Origin: an uncultured Clostridia bacterium
Lineage (GTDB): Bacteria; Bacillota; Clostridia; TANB77; CAG-508
Length of the DNA stretch: 64,000 nucleotides
Direction of reading: 5' to 3'
Assembly: GCA_947626765.1 (NCBI GenBank)
Contig: CANQTQ010000002.1
Location: 3,055-67,054, forward strand
In this document: positions 1-10,700 of the stretch, in pieces
Layout: each line of letters opens with the position of its first letter
Position numbering within the stretch: position 1 is the first letter of the stretch
Program-made: the position numbers and the translations under genes
The notes under the pieces: generated by a model
Database searches by the model: none
What the model saw: only the letters and a program-made list of their open reading frames with translations
Told to the model about the DNA's origin: nothing

Positions 1-176
1 TTTAAAATTAATATAGCAAGTATTATAGGAATTGTACTAGCAATATTTATTTATAAAAAAATTTAAATTAAAAATGAATAAAAATAATAAATAACTTATT
101 TTTAATCATAAACAAAAGCTTAATTCAAAAAAAATATTTATGGGGGCTTATTTTAATTAAAGGAAGGTGCTTAAAT

Positions 177-890
177 ATGCCAATTAAAATGAAACAGCTC
201 CCAATTTCAGAAAGACCTTATGAAAAACTTGAAATGTATGGAGAGGGTGCATTATCTAATGCAGAATTACTAGCGATAATCATAAAAAGTGGAACAAAAG
301 AAGAAAGCTCAGTTACTCTAGCACAAAAAATACTTTCACTAGGAATAAACGAAAATTCTAAAGAAAATAGTTTAAAATTTTTGCAAGAATTATCACTTCA
401 AGAATTAAAAAAAGTTCATGGAATTGGAAAAGTAAAAGCAATACAAATAAAAGCAGTATGCGAACTTGCAAAAAGAATATCTAAACCAATTAACATATCT
501 AAAATAAAAATTAAGGCTCCACAAGATATAGTATCATTATTAATGGAAGAATTAAAACTAGAAAAAAGAGAAATAGTAAAAGTAGCTATATTAAACTCAC
601 AAAATGTAATAATAAAAATGAAAACAATTTCACTTGGTGGAACAAGTTCTGCACATGTAGAACCAAAAGATATTTTGTTTGAAGCAATAAAAGTAGGCGC
701 ACCAAAAATTATTTTAGTGCATAATCATCCAAGCGGAGATGCAACTCCAAGTAAAGAAGATTTAGACTTTACAATAAAATTAGAAAATGCATCACAAATT
801 TTAGGAATAAAACTATTAGATCATATTGTAATTGGGTATAATGAATATGCTAGTATAAAATCTTATTTATTAAAAGAAAGGAAAAAATAA
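177..890 (+). CDS. radC: RadC-like JAMM-domain protein (UPF0758)
   Basis: 237-aa ORF with a GGAAGG RBS. C-terminal HNHPSGDATPSKED JAMM motif. Sits directly upstream of mreB, as in many Firmicutes. Confidence 0.9.
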   Translation: MPIKMKQLPISERPYEKLEMYGEGALSNAELLAIIIKSGTKEESSVTLAQKILSLGINENSKENSLKFLQELSLQELKKVHGIGKVKAIQIKAVCELAKRISKPINISKIKIKAPQDIVSLLMEELKLEKREIVKVAILNSQNVIIKMKTISLGGTSSAHVEPKDILFEAIKVGAPKIILVHNHPSGDATPSKEDLDFTIKLENASQILGIKLLDHIVIGYNEYASIKSYLLKERKK

Positions 891-891
891 A

Positions 892-1920
892 ATGAACTTA
901 TTTGGACTAAACTCAAAAGACATAGGAATAGACCTAGGAACAGCTAACATTATAATAACATTAAAAGGAAAAGGAATTGTATTAAATGAACCATCTGTAG
1001 TAGCAATAGAAAAAAGTACAGGAGCAATTTTAGCAACAGGAAAAGAAGCAAAAGAAATGCTAGGAAGAACACCAGAAGATATTTATGCGGTTAGACCAAT
1101 GCAAGATGGAGTTATAGCAGACTTTACAGCAACACAGTTAATGCTTAAAAGTATGGTTCAAAAAATATGTCAAAGATATAATGCAGGAAGACCAAGAGTA
1201 GTAGTAGGCGTTCCATCTGGCATTACGGAAGTTGAAGAAAGAGCTGTTGAAGAATCTGTTTTACAAGCAGGTGCAAAAGAAGTATATCTAATAGAAGAAC
1301 CAATGGCAGCAGCAATTGGAGCAAACCTAGAAGTATCAGAGCCAACAGGAAGTATCATTGTAGATATAGGAGGAGGAACTACTGAAGTTGCAATTATCTC
1401 ATTAGGTGGAATTGTAGTAAGTAATTCTTTAAGAATAGCAGGAGATGAACTTACACAAGACATAGTAAACTATGTAAAAAGAGAAATGAATTTAGCAATA
1501 GGAGAAACTACAGCAGAAAGTGTAAAAATAAAAATAGGCTCTGCTATGCCACTAATGGCAGAAGAGGAAGCCGAAATTAGAGGTAGAAACTTAACTACTG
1601 GACTTCCAGAAGTTTTAACTATAACTTCTACACAAGTACAAGAAGCAATGGAAGAATCTATAGAAAAAATTGTAGATTTAATTAAACAAACATTAGAAAA
1701 AACACCACCAGAACTTGCATCAGACATTATGGAAAAAGGAATTGTTTTAACAGGCGGAGGAGCACTAATTCAAAACTTTGACCAACTATTATCAGAAAGA
1801 ACTCAAATGCCAGTATATGTTGCAGAAAATCCTCTAGAATGTGTAGCAAAAGGAGCAGAAAAAACATTAGAAGACCTAGAAAAGCTAAGAACAGTCTTAA
1901 GCAGTTCAAGAAAAAGATAG
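892..1920 (+). CDS. mreB: Rod shape-determining actin homologue MreB
   Basis: 342 aa. Actin-fold phosphate motifs: IGIDLGTANI, VVDIGGGTTEVA, GIVLTGGGA. Confidence 0.95.
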   Translation: MNLFGLNSKDIGIDLGTANIIITLKGKGIVLNEPSVVAIEKSTGAILATGKEAKEMLGRTPEDIYAVRPMQDGVIADFTATQLMLKSMVQKICQRYNAGRPRVVVGVPSGITEVEERAVEESVLQAGAKEVYLIEEPMAAAIGANLEVSEPTGSIIVDIGGGTTEVAIISLGGIVVSNSLRIAGDELTQDIVNYVKREMNLAIGETTAESVKIKIGSAMPLMAEEEAEIRGRNLTTGLPEVLTITSTQVQEAMEESIEKIVDLIKQTLEKTPPELASDIMEKGIVLTGGGALIQNFDQLLSERTQMPVYVAENPLECVAKGAEKTLEDLEKLRTVLSSSRKR

Positions 1921-1929
1921 GAGAAGTTC

Positions 1930-2757
1930 ATGTATAAAAGTAAAAAAACGGGAATTATAGGTATTACAATTACAATAATTATTTTAATACTAATAGTTAT
2001 TTTATCTAATACAGACCTTAAACAAGTTTCTTATTTAGAAAACGTATTAGGAAGTATTGTTATGCCAATTCAAAATGGACTTACATATTTAAAAAATAAA
2101 ATCGCAGGAAATGATAGCTTTTTTGTAGAACTAGAAAGCTTAAAATCAGAAAACGAAACATTAAAACAAAAAAATAGCCAATTAGAACAATCATTAAGAG
2201 AGCTTGAAATTATAAAATCAGAAAATCAAACCTTAAAAGAATATGTAAACTTAAAGGACAAATATCAAGACTACCAAACAATACCAGCATATATTATTAA
2301 TAGAGATATTAGCAATTATACAAAAACAATAGTAATAAATGTCGGAGAAAAAGACGGAATAAAACCTAAAATGACAGTAATTTCAGATAAAGGTTTAGTA
2401 GGTTATATTATATCAACAACTAATAGCACATCAAAAGTACAAACAATAATAGACCCATCTACATCAGTAAGTAGCATTATTAGCACATCAAGAGAAGAAA
2501 TTATTGTAAGCGGAACATTAGAATCTAATACTAATTTAAAAGCTACATACATTCAAGCAAATGCAACATTACTTGAAAATGATAATGTAGAAACCTCAGG
2601 CTTAGGAGGAATCTATCCAAAAGGAATCCACATAGGAACAATAAAACAAATAATTAATACTCAAAACAGTATAGATAGATACGCTATAGTAGAAACAGCA
2701 GTTGACTTTTCAAAACTAGAAACTGTGCTTGTTATTACAAATCAAGTAAAAGAGTAA
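1930..2757 (+). CDS. mreC: Rod shape-determining protein MreC
   Basis: 275 aa. N-terminal TM helix, a coiled-coil segment (ENETLKQKNSQLEQSLRELE) and a C-terminal beta domain (GLGGIYPKGIHIGTI). Position after mreB. Confidence 0.9.
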   Translation: MYKSKKTGIIGITITIIILILIVILSNTDLKQVSYLENVLGSIVMPIQNGLTYLKNKIAGNDSFFVELESLKSENETLKQKNSQLEQSLRELEIIKSENQTLKEYVNLKDKYQDYQTIPAYIINRDISNYTKTIVINVGEKDGIKPKMTVISDKGLVGYIISTTNSTSKVQTIIDPSTSVSSIISTSREEIIVSGTLESNTNLKATYIQANATLLENDNVETSGLGGIYPKGIHIGTIKQIINTQNSIDRYAIVETAVDFSKLETVLVITNQVKE

Positions 2758-2776
2758 TTTTAAAAATAATCAGCAT

Positions 2777-2858
2777 CTTGCTTCGTTAGACTTCGTTTGA
2801 AATCGAATCAACGTACAAAAAGTACGCCTCATCGATTTCAAACTCGTCCGCCTTGCAA
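2777..2858. repeat. GC-enriched imperfect palindrome between mreC and mreD
   Basis: The arms cttgcttcgttagacttcgtttgaaatcgaatcaacgtac and gtacgcctcatcgatttcaaactcgtccgccttgcaa flank an aaaaa centre. The core is GTTTGAAATCGA / TCGATTTCAAAC. Confidence 0.6.
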
Positions 2859-2907
2859 TATACTAATTCTTTTTAAAATTATAATTTAAAAAAGGAAGGT
2901 GAATCGT

Positions 2908-3441
2908 TTGAAAAAAGTTCTTACAGGAATAGCAATTATAATTACATTTTTTATTATATATTTTTTGCAAGCAAACTTTTTCACATGGTTTACTATTAAT
3001 GGCGTAATGCCAAATCTATTTGTAATTTTCGTTTTATGGATAGGGCTATTTATTGGCAAAAAAACAGGACTTATGTGTGGACTTATTTTTGGAATTTATA
3101 TAGATGTATTAGTAGGAAAATCTATAGGAATATCTGGAATAATGTTAGCTATAATAGGGCTAATTGCAGAATATATAGATAAAAACTTCTCTAAAGATAG
3201 TAGACTTACAATAATGTTAATTATAGCTGCAAGTACAGCAATTTATGAAATTGGAATATACGTATTTCAAATTATAAAATGGAGAATTAATATTGAAATT
3301 TTTGCATTCCTTAAAACATTAAGTATTGAAATTTTATTTAATGTTATTTTAGCAATAATTTTATATCCTATTATTCAAAAATTAGGTAATTTAGTTGAAA
3401 GCAAATTTAAAACTAAAGAAATATTAACAAGATATTTTTAA
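2908..3441 (+). CDS. mreD: Rod shape-determining protein MreD
   Basis: Polytopic membrane ORF following mreC. TTG at 2908 has better spacing from the GGAAGGTG RBS than the GTG at 2899 used in the ORF track. Confidence 0.75.
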   Translation: MKKVLTGIAIIITFFIIYFLQANFFTWFTINGVMPNLFVIFVLWIGLFIGKKTGLMCGLIFGIYIDVLVGKSIGISGIMLAIIGLIAEYIDKNFSKDSRLTIMLIIAASTAIYEIGIYVFQIIKWRINIEIFAFLKTLSIEILFNVILAIILYPIIQKLGNLVESKFKTKEILTRYF

Positions 3442-3477
3442 GCAAAATCTACAATAAAAGGAAGTGAAATTAAAAAG

Positions 3478-5571
3478 TTGAAAACAAAAAAAACACGCAA
3501 TGAAAAATTAAGATATAATATAGTAAATATGCTAATTTATATTGTTGGCATAGTTTTATTACTTCAACTTTTTAATTTACAAATTGTAAATGGTGAAGAA
3601 TATAGGCAAACATCAAATACAAGACTTTCTAGAGAATCTACTTTAAAAGCAGCAAGAGGAGACATCACAGATAGAAGTGGAAACAAATTAGTTACTACTA
3701 AAATAGGATATGGTCTAGAAATATACAAAACAAAATTAGATAATAATACATTTAATCAAACAATATTAAATGTAATTGAATTATTAGAAAAAAATAAAGA
3801 TAAATATATAGATAACTTTCCAATAAAAGTAGAACCTTATGAATATACAATAAATGACGAAGACCTAAAAGAATGGAAGGAAGAAAATGAAATAGATGAA
3901 AATATAGAAGCCAATCAAGCATTTGAAATATTTAAACAAAGGTATGAAATAGAAGAGCAAGACGTTAAAAAAGCAAGAAAAATTATGGTAGTCCGTTATG
4001 AAATATCTCGTAATGGAATTAGTAATATAAAGCCAGTAACAGTTTCAAAAAATATTAGCCTAGCAAGTGTAAACCAAATAGAAGAGCAAAGTGCTTATTT
4101 TCCTGGAGTAGCAATATCAAAAGAACCTGTTGTTACATATCCTTATAAAACTTTAGCATCACATATATTAGGCTATGTAGGAGCAATATCTTCAGATGAG
4201 TATAAAGCTAACAAAGAAAATTATGATATTAATGACATTATAGGAAAAACTGGAATACAATATACACTTGAAGAATACTTAAAAGGACAAGATGGAGTTA
4301 AACAAATTGAAATGTCAGTAGATGGAACAATTACTGGTGAATATACTACAAAAGAAGCGGTAAAAGGAGCAGATATTTCATTAACTATAGATGCAAACTT
4401 GCAACAAAAAGTAGAAAAAGCATTAGCTAATAACATTAAAAAAATTAAAGCTGGTGGTTATGGCAAGGCATATAATGCAGAGGGCGGAGCTGCAATAGTA
4501 ATGAATGTAAAAACTGGAGAAATCTTAGCAATGGCTAGTAATCCAGACTATGAGCCAGAATTGTTTATTACAGGAATATCTAATGAAAAATTAAAAGAAT
4601 ATGACAAAGGAAAAAACACATATAATAGAGCTATTTCAGGTAGATATGCTCCAGGCTCAACCTTTAAAATGGTAGTAGCAACAGCAGCACTAGAAACAAA
4701 TACCATAACACCAAATACAACAATCTATGATACTGGAGTTTACCCTAGAGGTTATCACCCATATTGTTGGTACTATACAGAACATCATTATGGTCATGGT
4801 TACTTAAATCTATCACAAGCAATACAAAAATCATGTAACTATTATTTTTATGAACTAGGCTATCGTATGGGAATAGACCCTGTTATTAAATATGCTAAAG
4901 CCTACGGACTAGGCTCTTTAACAGGAATTGAGTTATCTGGAGAAGCAACTGGAACAGTAGAATTAACCAAGCGTTGCTTAGAAGAAACTGGCCAGCAGTG
5001 GCAATTTGGAGATACATTATCAGCAGTAATAGGACAAAGCTATAATGAATACACTCCAATACAAATGGCAAGATATATTAGCATGATAGCAAATGGAGGA
5101 AAGAAAATAGATGTTACTTTAATAAAATCTGTTACATCTGCAGATGGTAGTCAAGTAAGTAAAGACCAAATAGAGCAAGCCGTAAATAACAAATTAGGAA
5201 TAAGTAATACTACTGTACCAGACTTGAATTTAAAAAAAGAAACATTAAATGCCATTTTAAAAGGAATGAAAGGCGTTACAAGTGAATACGGAGGAACAGC
5301 ATACTATATCTTCTCAGATCTTGGAATGGATATAGGAGGAAAAACAGGTTCAGTAGAAACAAATGTAAATGGCAAAGTAAATGGTTGGTTTGCTGGTTTT
5401 GCACCATATAATGATCCAGAAATTGCAGTAATAGTATTAATAGAAAATGCAGGTTCAGGAGGAAATGCAGCGCCTGTTGCAAAAGAAATTATTAAAGAAT
5501 ATTTTGGCATGAACAGTTCACAAGTACAAGAAGACATAACTGCTATACCTAGTACAGAAACTGTAAGATAA
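3478..5571 (+). CDS. mrdA: Penicillin-binding protein 2 (elongation transpeptidase)
   Basis: 697 aa. N-terminal TM helix. Transpeptidase motifs STFK, SCN and KTGS. Position after mreBCD. Confidence 0.9.
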   Translation: MKTKKTRNEKLRYNIVNMLIYIVGIVLLLQLFNLQIVNGEEYRQTSNTRLSRESTLKAARGDITDRSGNKLVTTKIGYGLEIYKTKLDNNTFNQTILNVIELLEKNKDKYIDNFPIKVEPYEYTINDEDLKEWKEENEIDENIEANQAFEIFKQRYEIEEQDVKKARKIMVVRYEISRNGISNIKPVTVSKNISLASVNQIEEQSAYFPGVAISKEPVVTYPYKTLASHILGYVGAISSDEYKANKENYDINDIIGKTGIQYTLEEYLKGQDGVKQIEMSVDGTITGEYTTKEAVKGADISLTIDANLQQKVEKALANNIKKIKAGGYGKAYNAEGGAAIVMNVKTGEILAMASNPDYEPELFITGISNEKLKEYDKGKNTYNRAISGRYAPGSTFKMVVATAALETNTITPNTTIYDTGVYPRGYHPYCWYYTEHHYGHGYLNLSQAIQKSCNYYFYELGYRMGIDPVIKYAKAYGLGSLTGIELSGEATGTVELTKRCLEETGQQWQFGDTLSAVIGQSYNEYTPIQMARYISMIANGGKKIDVTLIKSVTSADGSQVSKDQIEQAVNNKLGISNTTVPDLNLKKETLNAILKGMKGVTSEYGGTAYYIFSDLGMDIGGKTGSVETNVNGKVNGWFAGFAPYNDPEIAVIVLIENAGSGGNAAPVAKEIIKEYFGMNSSQVQEDITAIPSTETVR

Positions 5572-5678
5572 AATAAGCAAAATTATAGAATAAAAAATAG
5601 AAGAAGTAAGAAGCTTAAAAAATATTTGTGCCTTCCGCAAACTAGCAAAGCGAAGGCAAGGAAGGAATTAGATTAATA

Positions 5679-6293
5679 ATGAAAAATATTATTAGTATTC
5701 AAACAAAAAAAGATGTAGTAAATATTAAAATAGAAGAAAATGCTATGCAAAAACAAATACTTCAAGAACTAAAGAAAAAGCTAGCAGAATTAAAAAAATT
5801 GTATAAAGAAGATACTACTCCTATATTTATTACAGGAAAAGTATTTAAAAATGAAGAAATGGAACAAATTCAAGAATTAATTCAAAAAACAATTCCAGTA
5901 GAAGTAAAATTTGATAGTCCTAAAATTTTAGGTCTACATGGAATTAGAAAAAGCTTTAGTAAAGAAATTGCAACATCTGAAACCAAATTTCATAGAGGCT
6001 CATTAAGATCTGGGCAAAAAATTGAATTTGAAGGAAGCCTTGTAATTTTAGGAGATGTTAATAGCGGAGCAGAAGTATTAGCAGGAGAAAATATAGTAGT
6101 ACTTGGAATACTAAGAGGAATGGCACATGCAGGAGCTAAAGGAAATAAAGAAGCAATTATTGCAGCAGCCTCAATTGAGTCTGCACAAATTCGTATTGCT
6201 AATATTGTAAAAGAAATAGAAAAAGAAGAAATAGAACAAGAAATAAAAACATGTGCTTATGTTAACGAAGAATCAGAGGTTGTACTAGAATAA
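5679..6293 (+). CDS. minC: Septum site-determining protein MinC
   Basis: 204 aa. C-terminal beta-helix signature GSLVILGDVNSGAEVLAGENIVVLGILRGMAHAG. Confidence 0.85.
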   Translation: MKNIISIQTKKDVVNIKIEENAMQKQILQELKKKLAELKKLYKEDTTPIFITGKVFKNEEMEQIQELIQKTIPVEVKFDSPKILGLHGIRKSFSKEIATSETKFHRGSLRSGQKIEFEGSLVILGDVNSGAEVLAGENIVVLGILRGMAHAGAKGNKEAIIAAASIESAQIRIANIVKEIEKEEIEQEIKTCAYVNEESEVVLE

Positions 6294-6310
6294 ACTTAAT
6301 ATATTAAGCC

Positions 6311-6348
6311 ATAAATAAAAGTTTTATAAAATTAAAACTTTTATTTAT
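6311..6348. terminator. Bidirectional hairpin between convergent minC and the minus-strand small ORFs
   Basis: Perfect 16-bp inverted repeat, ataaataaaagtttta / taaaacttttatttat, with a 6-nt loop. Confidence 0.6.
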
Positions 6349-6493
6349 AGCTTGTAAAATTATTAATTATGGCTACAAAGCTTTTAAACTAAAATATAAA
6401 TGTAATATAACTTAATATTATTAACTTAAAATTTATAGCTAATATTATAATCAATAGCAAAATTATTGTTAATAATAGTAAATTAAAAATTTA

Positions 6494-6832
6494 TTAACTC
6501 AAAAGTAGCAAAATTAGTGCCATAAATAAATATTCGTCATTAACTCCTTCTTTATATAAAAATAAAATAAGGCAAATAATTAAAACATCATCAAAATATA
6601 ATTTTAAGCCAAAAATTTCAAAAAAGTATTCATCTTTAGCTTCCTTACTATTAGAGGGAGCTTCTATTTTTTGCTTTTTATCTAAACTATCTGAAAATAA
6701 ATTATTTGAAAAATTACTATTTTTATATTTATTATACGAATTTGAATCTTTGGTATTATAATAAGGGGGCATATTATAAGGAGAGTATTTTCTAGGACGA
6801 GGAAAATTAAAAAAAGGGTAATTATAAACCAT
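6494..6832 (-). CDS. Hypothetical small protein with an Asn/Tyr/Pro-rich N-terminus and a C-terminal hydrophobic helix
   Basis: ATG at 6832 is preceded by GGAGAGG. The C-terminal sequence is DDVLIICLILFLYKEGVNDEYLFMALILLLLS. No recognisable family. Confidence 0.4.
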   Translation of the reverse strand: MVYNYPFFNFPRPRKYSPYNMPPYYNTKDSNSYNKYKNSNFSNNLFSDSLDKKQKIEAPSNSKEAKDEYFFEIFGLKLYFDDVLIICLILFLYKEGVNDEYLFMALILLLLS

Positions 6833-7211
6833 TTTTCTTTTCCTCTCCAAAAGGCTTCATCATTTCAAAAGCCTTTCCCATACTAAAAAGTTTTATATAT
6901 TGATCAACCTTTTCCTTTCTACTAGGCTTTAAATATGGCTTTAAAGACCTTAGCAAATTAGCTCTTGGATCATTTTGCCCTTTATTCATACTATCAATAA
7001 TAGACTTCATTTTAAGCATAGTATCCATATCAATATTAAAACTATCATTATTAGTATTATTAAAATTGGAAGTTTCATTGCTATTACTATTAGAAGATGA
7101 ACTACCATTAGAGCTAAGATTATTTAAAATATTTTTTATATTATCAGGTATTTCATTATTTTTAATCATATCATTCATTTTTTGCATAATCTCAGACATA
7201 TCTTCACTCAT
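6822..7211 (-). CDS. Hypothetical Asn/Ser-rich protein
   Basis: 129-aa ORF with a low-complexity centre and a conserved-looking tail (DPRANLLRSLKPYLKPSRKEKVDQYIKL). Confidence 0.45.
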   Translation of the reverse strand: MSEDMSEIMQKMNDMIKNNEIPDNIKNILNNLSSNGSSSSNSNSNETSNFNNTNNDSFNIDMDTMLKMKSIIDSMNKGQNDPRANLLRSLKPYLKPSRKEKVDQYIKLFSMGKAFEMMKPFGEEKKNGL

Positions 7212-7220
7212 ATATGTAAT

Positions 7221-7253
7221 ATAACTAAGAAACTTCTCTTAGTTATGCCTCCT
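7221..7253 (-). promoter_or_regulatory. Shine-Dalgarno separated from its start codon by a 10-bp hairpin
   Basis: On the minus strand: AGGAGG (7253-7248), then a stem ataactaaga / tcttagttat (7246-7221), then 9 nt, then ATG at 7211. Confidence 0.35.
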
Positions 7254-7259
7254 TTTTAA

Positions 7260-7412
7260 TTAATTATTTTTTTGAAATTGTTTTAAAATTTTTTCTTTAT
7301 CTTCTTTGCTCATCATTTGATTTAGCTTATTAAGCCCTTGCTCTAAATCTTTTTTGTCCATTTTAGAAAGCATAGACATAAGTTTTGCCATATCAATATT
7401 ATTGTTATCCAT
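7260..7412 (-). CDS. Hypothetical 50-aa protein, below the ORF-track cut-off
   Basis: My own translation is MDNNNIDMAKLMSMLSKMDKKDLEQGLNKLNQMMSKEDKEKILKQFQKNN. AGGAGTG lies 7 nt upstream of the ATG. Confidence 0.35.
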   Translation of the reverse strand: MDNNNIDMAKLMSMLSKMDKKDLEQGLNKLNQMMSKEDKEKILKQFQKNN

Positions 7413-7645
7413 AAATTTCACTCCTACATATTAGTTATATAAATATATATATTCTATTTATAAAAAAATGTTACTAAAAGTTAAAAATAAATTTTCAAAA
7501 ATAAAATTATGTATACCCAGCCTAATAAAATTACAATTAATGTAACATAGTAATGTTTTTGTAATAAAAATTTAATATTTTGTTTAAAAAAATAGCTTCC
7601 GTAAATAAAATTCCATTATTCGACATATTTGGAAAGATTCTACCA

Positions 7646-7673
7646 TTGAAAAATATATTAAAGATGCTAAAAT
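7646..7673 (+). promoter_or_regulatory. Sigma-A-like promoter of the A1/B1 operon
   Basis: TTGAAA, 16 nt, TAAAAT. The CATTGAAAAAT context is shared with the A2 promoter. Confidence 0.45.
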
Positions 7674-7719
7674 TATATTATAGAGTAATTATGTTTTTAA
7701 ATATATTTAGGAGGTTACT

Positions 7720-10700
7720 ATGAAATTAAAACAAAAAATAATTACAGTCTTTACAACAACAATTTTACTAGGGGGGCATTTTTTGCCAATTGGTAGCTTG
7801 GCAATAGCAGTAGCTAATGAAGAACTTGAAAAGCAAACATCAAAAACCAATATTGCAAATGTAGAATTTAATACTTACCTAGAAGAAGGTGCCCATGAAA
7901 GCAGCTATAATATCACAGAAGGTGGAAAGATTTATATTGAACTTGGTGTAAAAGAAAATGGCTATTTTAAAAATGGAATAGTCGAATTTAGCAATGCCAA
8001 TTATAGTTTTAATGGTAGCCAAATAAATTCGGAATATATTCAAAAAATAGAAAATAATTCTATATATTTAAAACAAATTAATAATGAAGAAAATATAACT
8101 ATAGAGGTACCAGTAAACTTAAAAAAACAAGAATATTTTAATATACAAGACTTTAATAAAGAATCTAAAATAAAATTACGTGGAACTTACATAAATAAAG
8201 AAGGAAAAGAAATTGCAATAGAAAAAGAAATTACAAATAAATTAAAATGGGAAGCAGATCCACAAGCACAAATAAATGCAGAAATTACAAAATACATTCC
8301 ATATAATCAAGAAGAAGAATATGGATTATTATTGCAAACAAAAGTAAATTCAGGAATTAAAGAAAACTTATTACCAATTGCAAGTACAGCTTTAGAAGTA
8401 TCGGTTCCTGTTATAAATGGAACAAAAGCAGAAAACGTAACAGTAATAGCTAATAAAACAGTAGCTACTAATGGAGAAGAAACAGGAATTAAATTTACAT
8501 CTCAAAATTATGAATATAACAATGAAGAAAATAAAGTAAAAATTAATGTAAATAATGGTGTAAATGAACAAGGAAACATGGCATGGAAAAATGGACAAGA
8601 TGAATACCTAATTACCTGTATTTATAAGGGAAAAGAAATATATGACTATGCAATGCAAAAATTGCAAGAAGCAAGTACTACAAAAGTAACAGAAGAGCAA
8701 ATAGCAAACGGAGAAGAAAATGTTAATGCAATAAATATGCCAGTGCAAGTAAATGGAACAATTACAACATATGGAATAGAACAAAAACAAATACAAGTAA
8801 ATTCAAATTTTGAAAATAATATACAAGAAGTAAAAGGAGAGTTAGCAGACTCTACAGTTCAAACAATAGGAAGTATTAGTAAAGGCTACATATATGCAAA
8901 TTATGCAAAAGCAGAAAAAGAATCTAAAAAACAATCAGTAGAAGAAAAAGAAAAAACTACTTACGAATTAACATATAAAGCACCAGTATATGGTATAAAC
9001 ATTTTAAAAGACCTTAAATTTATAACAAACGAAGAAAAACTAGTATCAGAAGATAATGAATACATGGTAGAAACAAATATTATTACAAGCAAAGTAAAAA
9101 TTAGTGAAGCCATATTCCAAAAAATATTAGGAAACGAAGGAGAAGTACAAATTTTAAATAAAAACAATCAAGAAGTATTAGGCATAATTAATTCTTCTAG
9201 TGAAAAAGATGAACAAGGAAACTATATTTTAAATATAGAAGAAAAAAATGTAAATGAAGTAATAATTAGCTTCTCTAACCCTATTACAGAAGGAACTTTA
9301 GAAGTAAAGGTAGAAAAAGCATTTGTAGAAAATCAAAGTTTTTCACAAGAGCAAATGAAAACTTTTACTAAAATATTACTAACATCAGAAGTACAAACAA
9401 ATATAAATAATAAAAATTATAACATGGAAATATCATTGCAAGAACCAGTAAGCAAAGCAGAAATTAGTGTAGAAGAAGGAAAACAAACATTATCTACAGT
9501 AGTTGTTAATAAAGACGTTAATATAAACGTAGTACTAGACACATCAAATATACAAAATGCACTATACAAAAATCCAGTTATAAAAATACAAATGCCAAGT
9601 GATGTAAAAAAGGTAGACTTAAAAGATGCTAACCTTTTATTAGACGATGAATTAAAAATAGTAAATAAAAAAGTTACTAATGAAAATGGAAGACAAGTTA
9701 TTAACCTTACTCTACAAGGAACACAAACACAATACGAAAACTATACAGACATTAATCAAAACAATGTAATAACAAAAGGTGCTAACATAGTAATTAGAAC
9801 AGATATTACATTAGATTCACTAGCAATGAGTAAACAAGAAAAAATATATATGTATTACACTAATGAAAATACATCTTACAATCAAAATTATGGTATTTCA
9901 ACAGCAAATGTAGAAATTTCAGCACCAACAGGAGTTATAGCAGCAAATTTTATAAAAGAATATGATAAGCAAGATTCTCAATTAATAAATATAGATCAAG
10001 AAAAACTAGAAGCAAAAATACAAGCTTATTCAAATGAAAAATTAGTAACATTTGAAGGTGTTGTTACAAACAATTATAACAATAATATTAAAGATGTGTA
10101 CATTTTAGGAAGACTTCCATTTGAAGGAAATAAACAAGTTGATTCCTTAGAAAATCTTGGCAGCAACTTTAATATGGAATTAGAAAATGCTATAACAACT
10201 AGTGGAATAGATTCTAATAGAGTAAAAATTTATTATAGTACAAACGAAGATGAAACTAAAGAAACCCTTAATACTAACGATACTACATGGCAAGAAAGTC
10301 CTACAAATTATAATAATATAAAAAGTTATTTAATTGTTGTTAGTGGAGAACTTAAAACTTCAGAACAAATACATTTTGTATATCAAGCAAAATTGCCAGA
10401 AAATTTAAGTTATAATAAAAATACTTATACATCTTATAAAGTTTATTATAATAATCAAATGCCAGAAACAAAAGTATCTGGAATTGTAGGGCTACAAACA
10501 GGAAAAGGTCCAGAAGTTGAACTAAAACTAACTTCTCAAATACAGGAAAATGGCAATGTTAAAGAAGAACAAATAGTAAAGTTTTATGTAGAAATAAAAA
10601 ATGTAGGAGAATATGAAGTAAAAAATGCAGTAGTAAAAGTTCCTGTTCCAGAAGGAACAACATATATTAAATATGATACTGGTGAACATATGTATATAGA

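Noticed and set aside
1170-1909. Antisense ORFs inside mreB (1170-1463, 1470-1727, 1727-1909). Similar ones lie inside PBP2, the adhesins, spoIIE, the kinase and rpoB (for example 19220-19648, 25877-26278, 52573-52971).
   Set aside because: They lie opposite strongly supported genes. They have no RBS and translate to low-complexity Ser/Leu/Phe-rich strings, as expected from the complement of purine-rich AT-biased codons.
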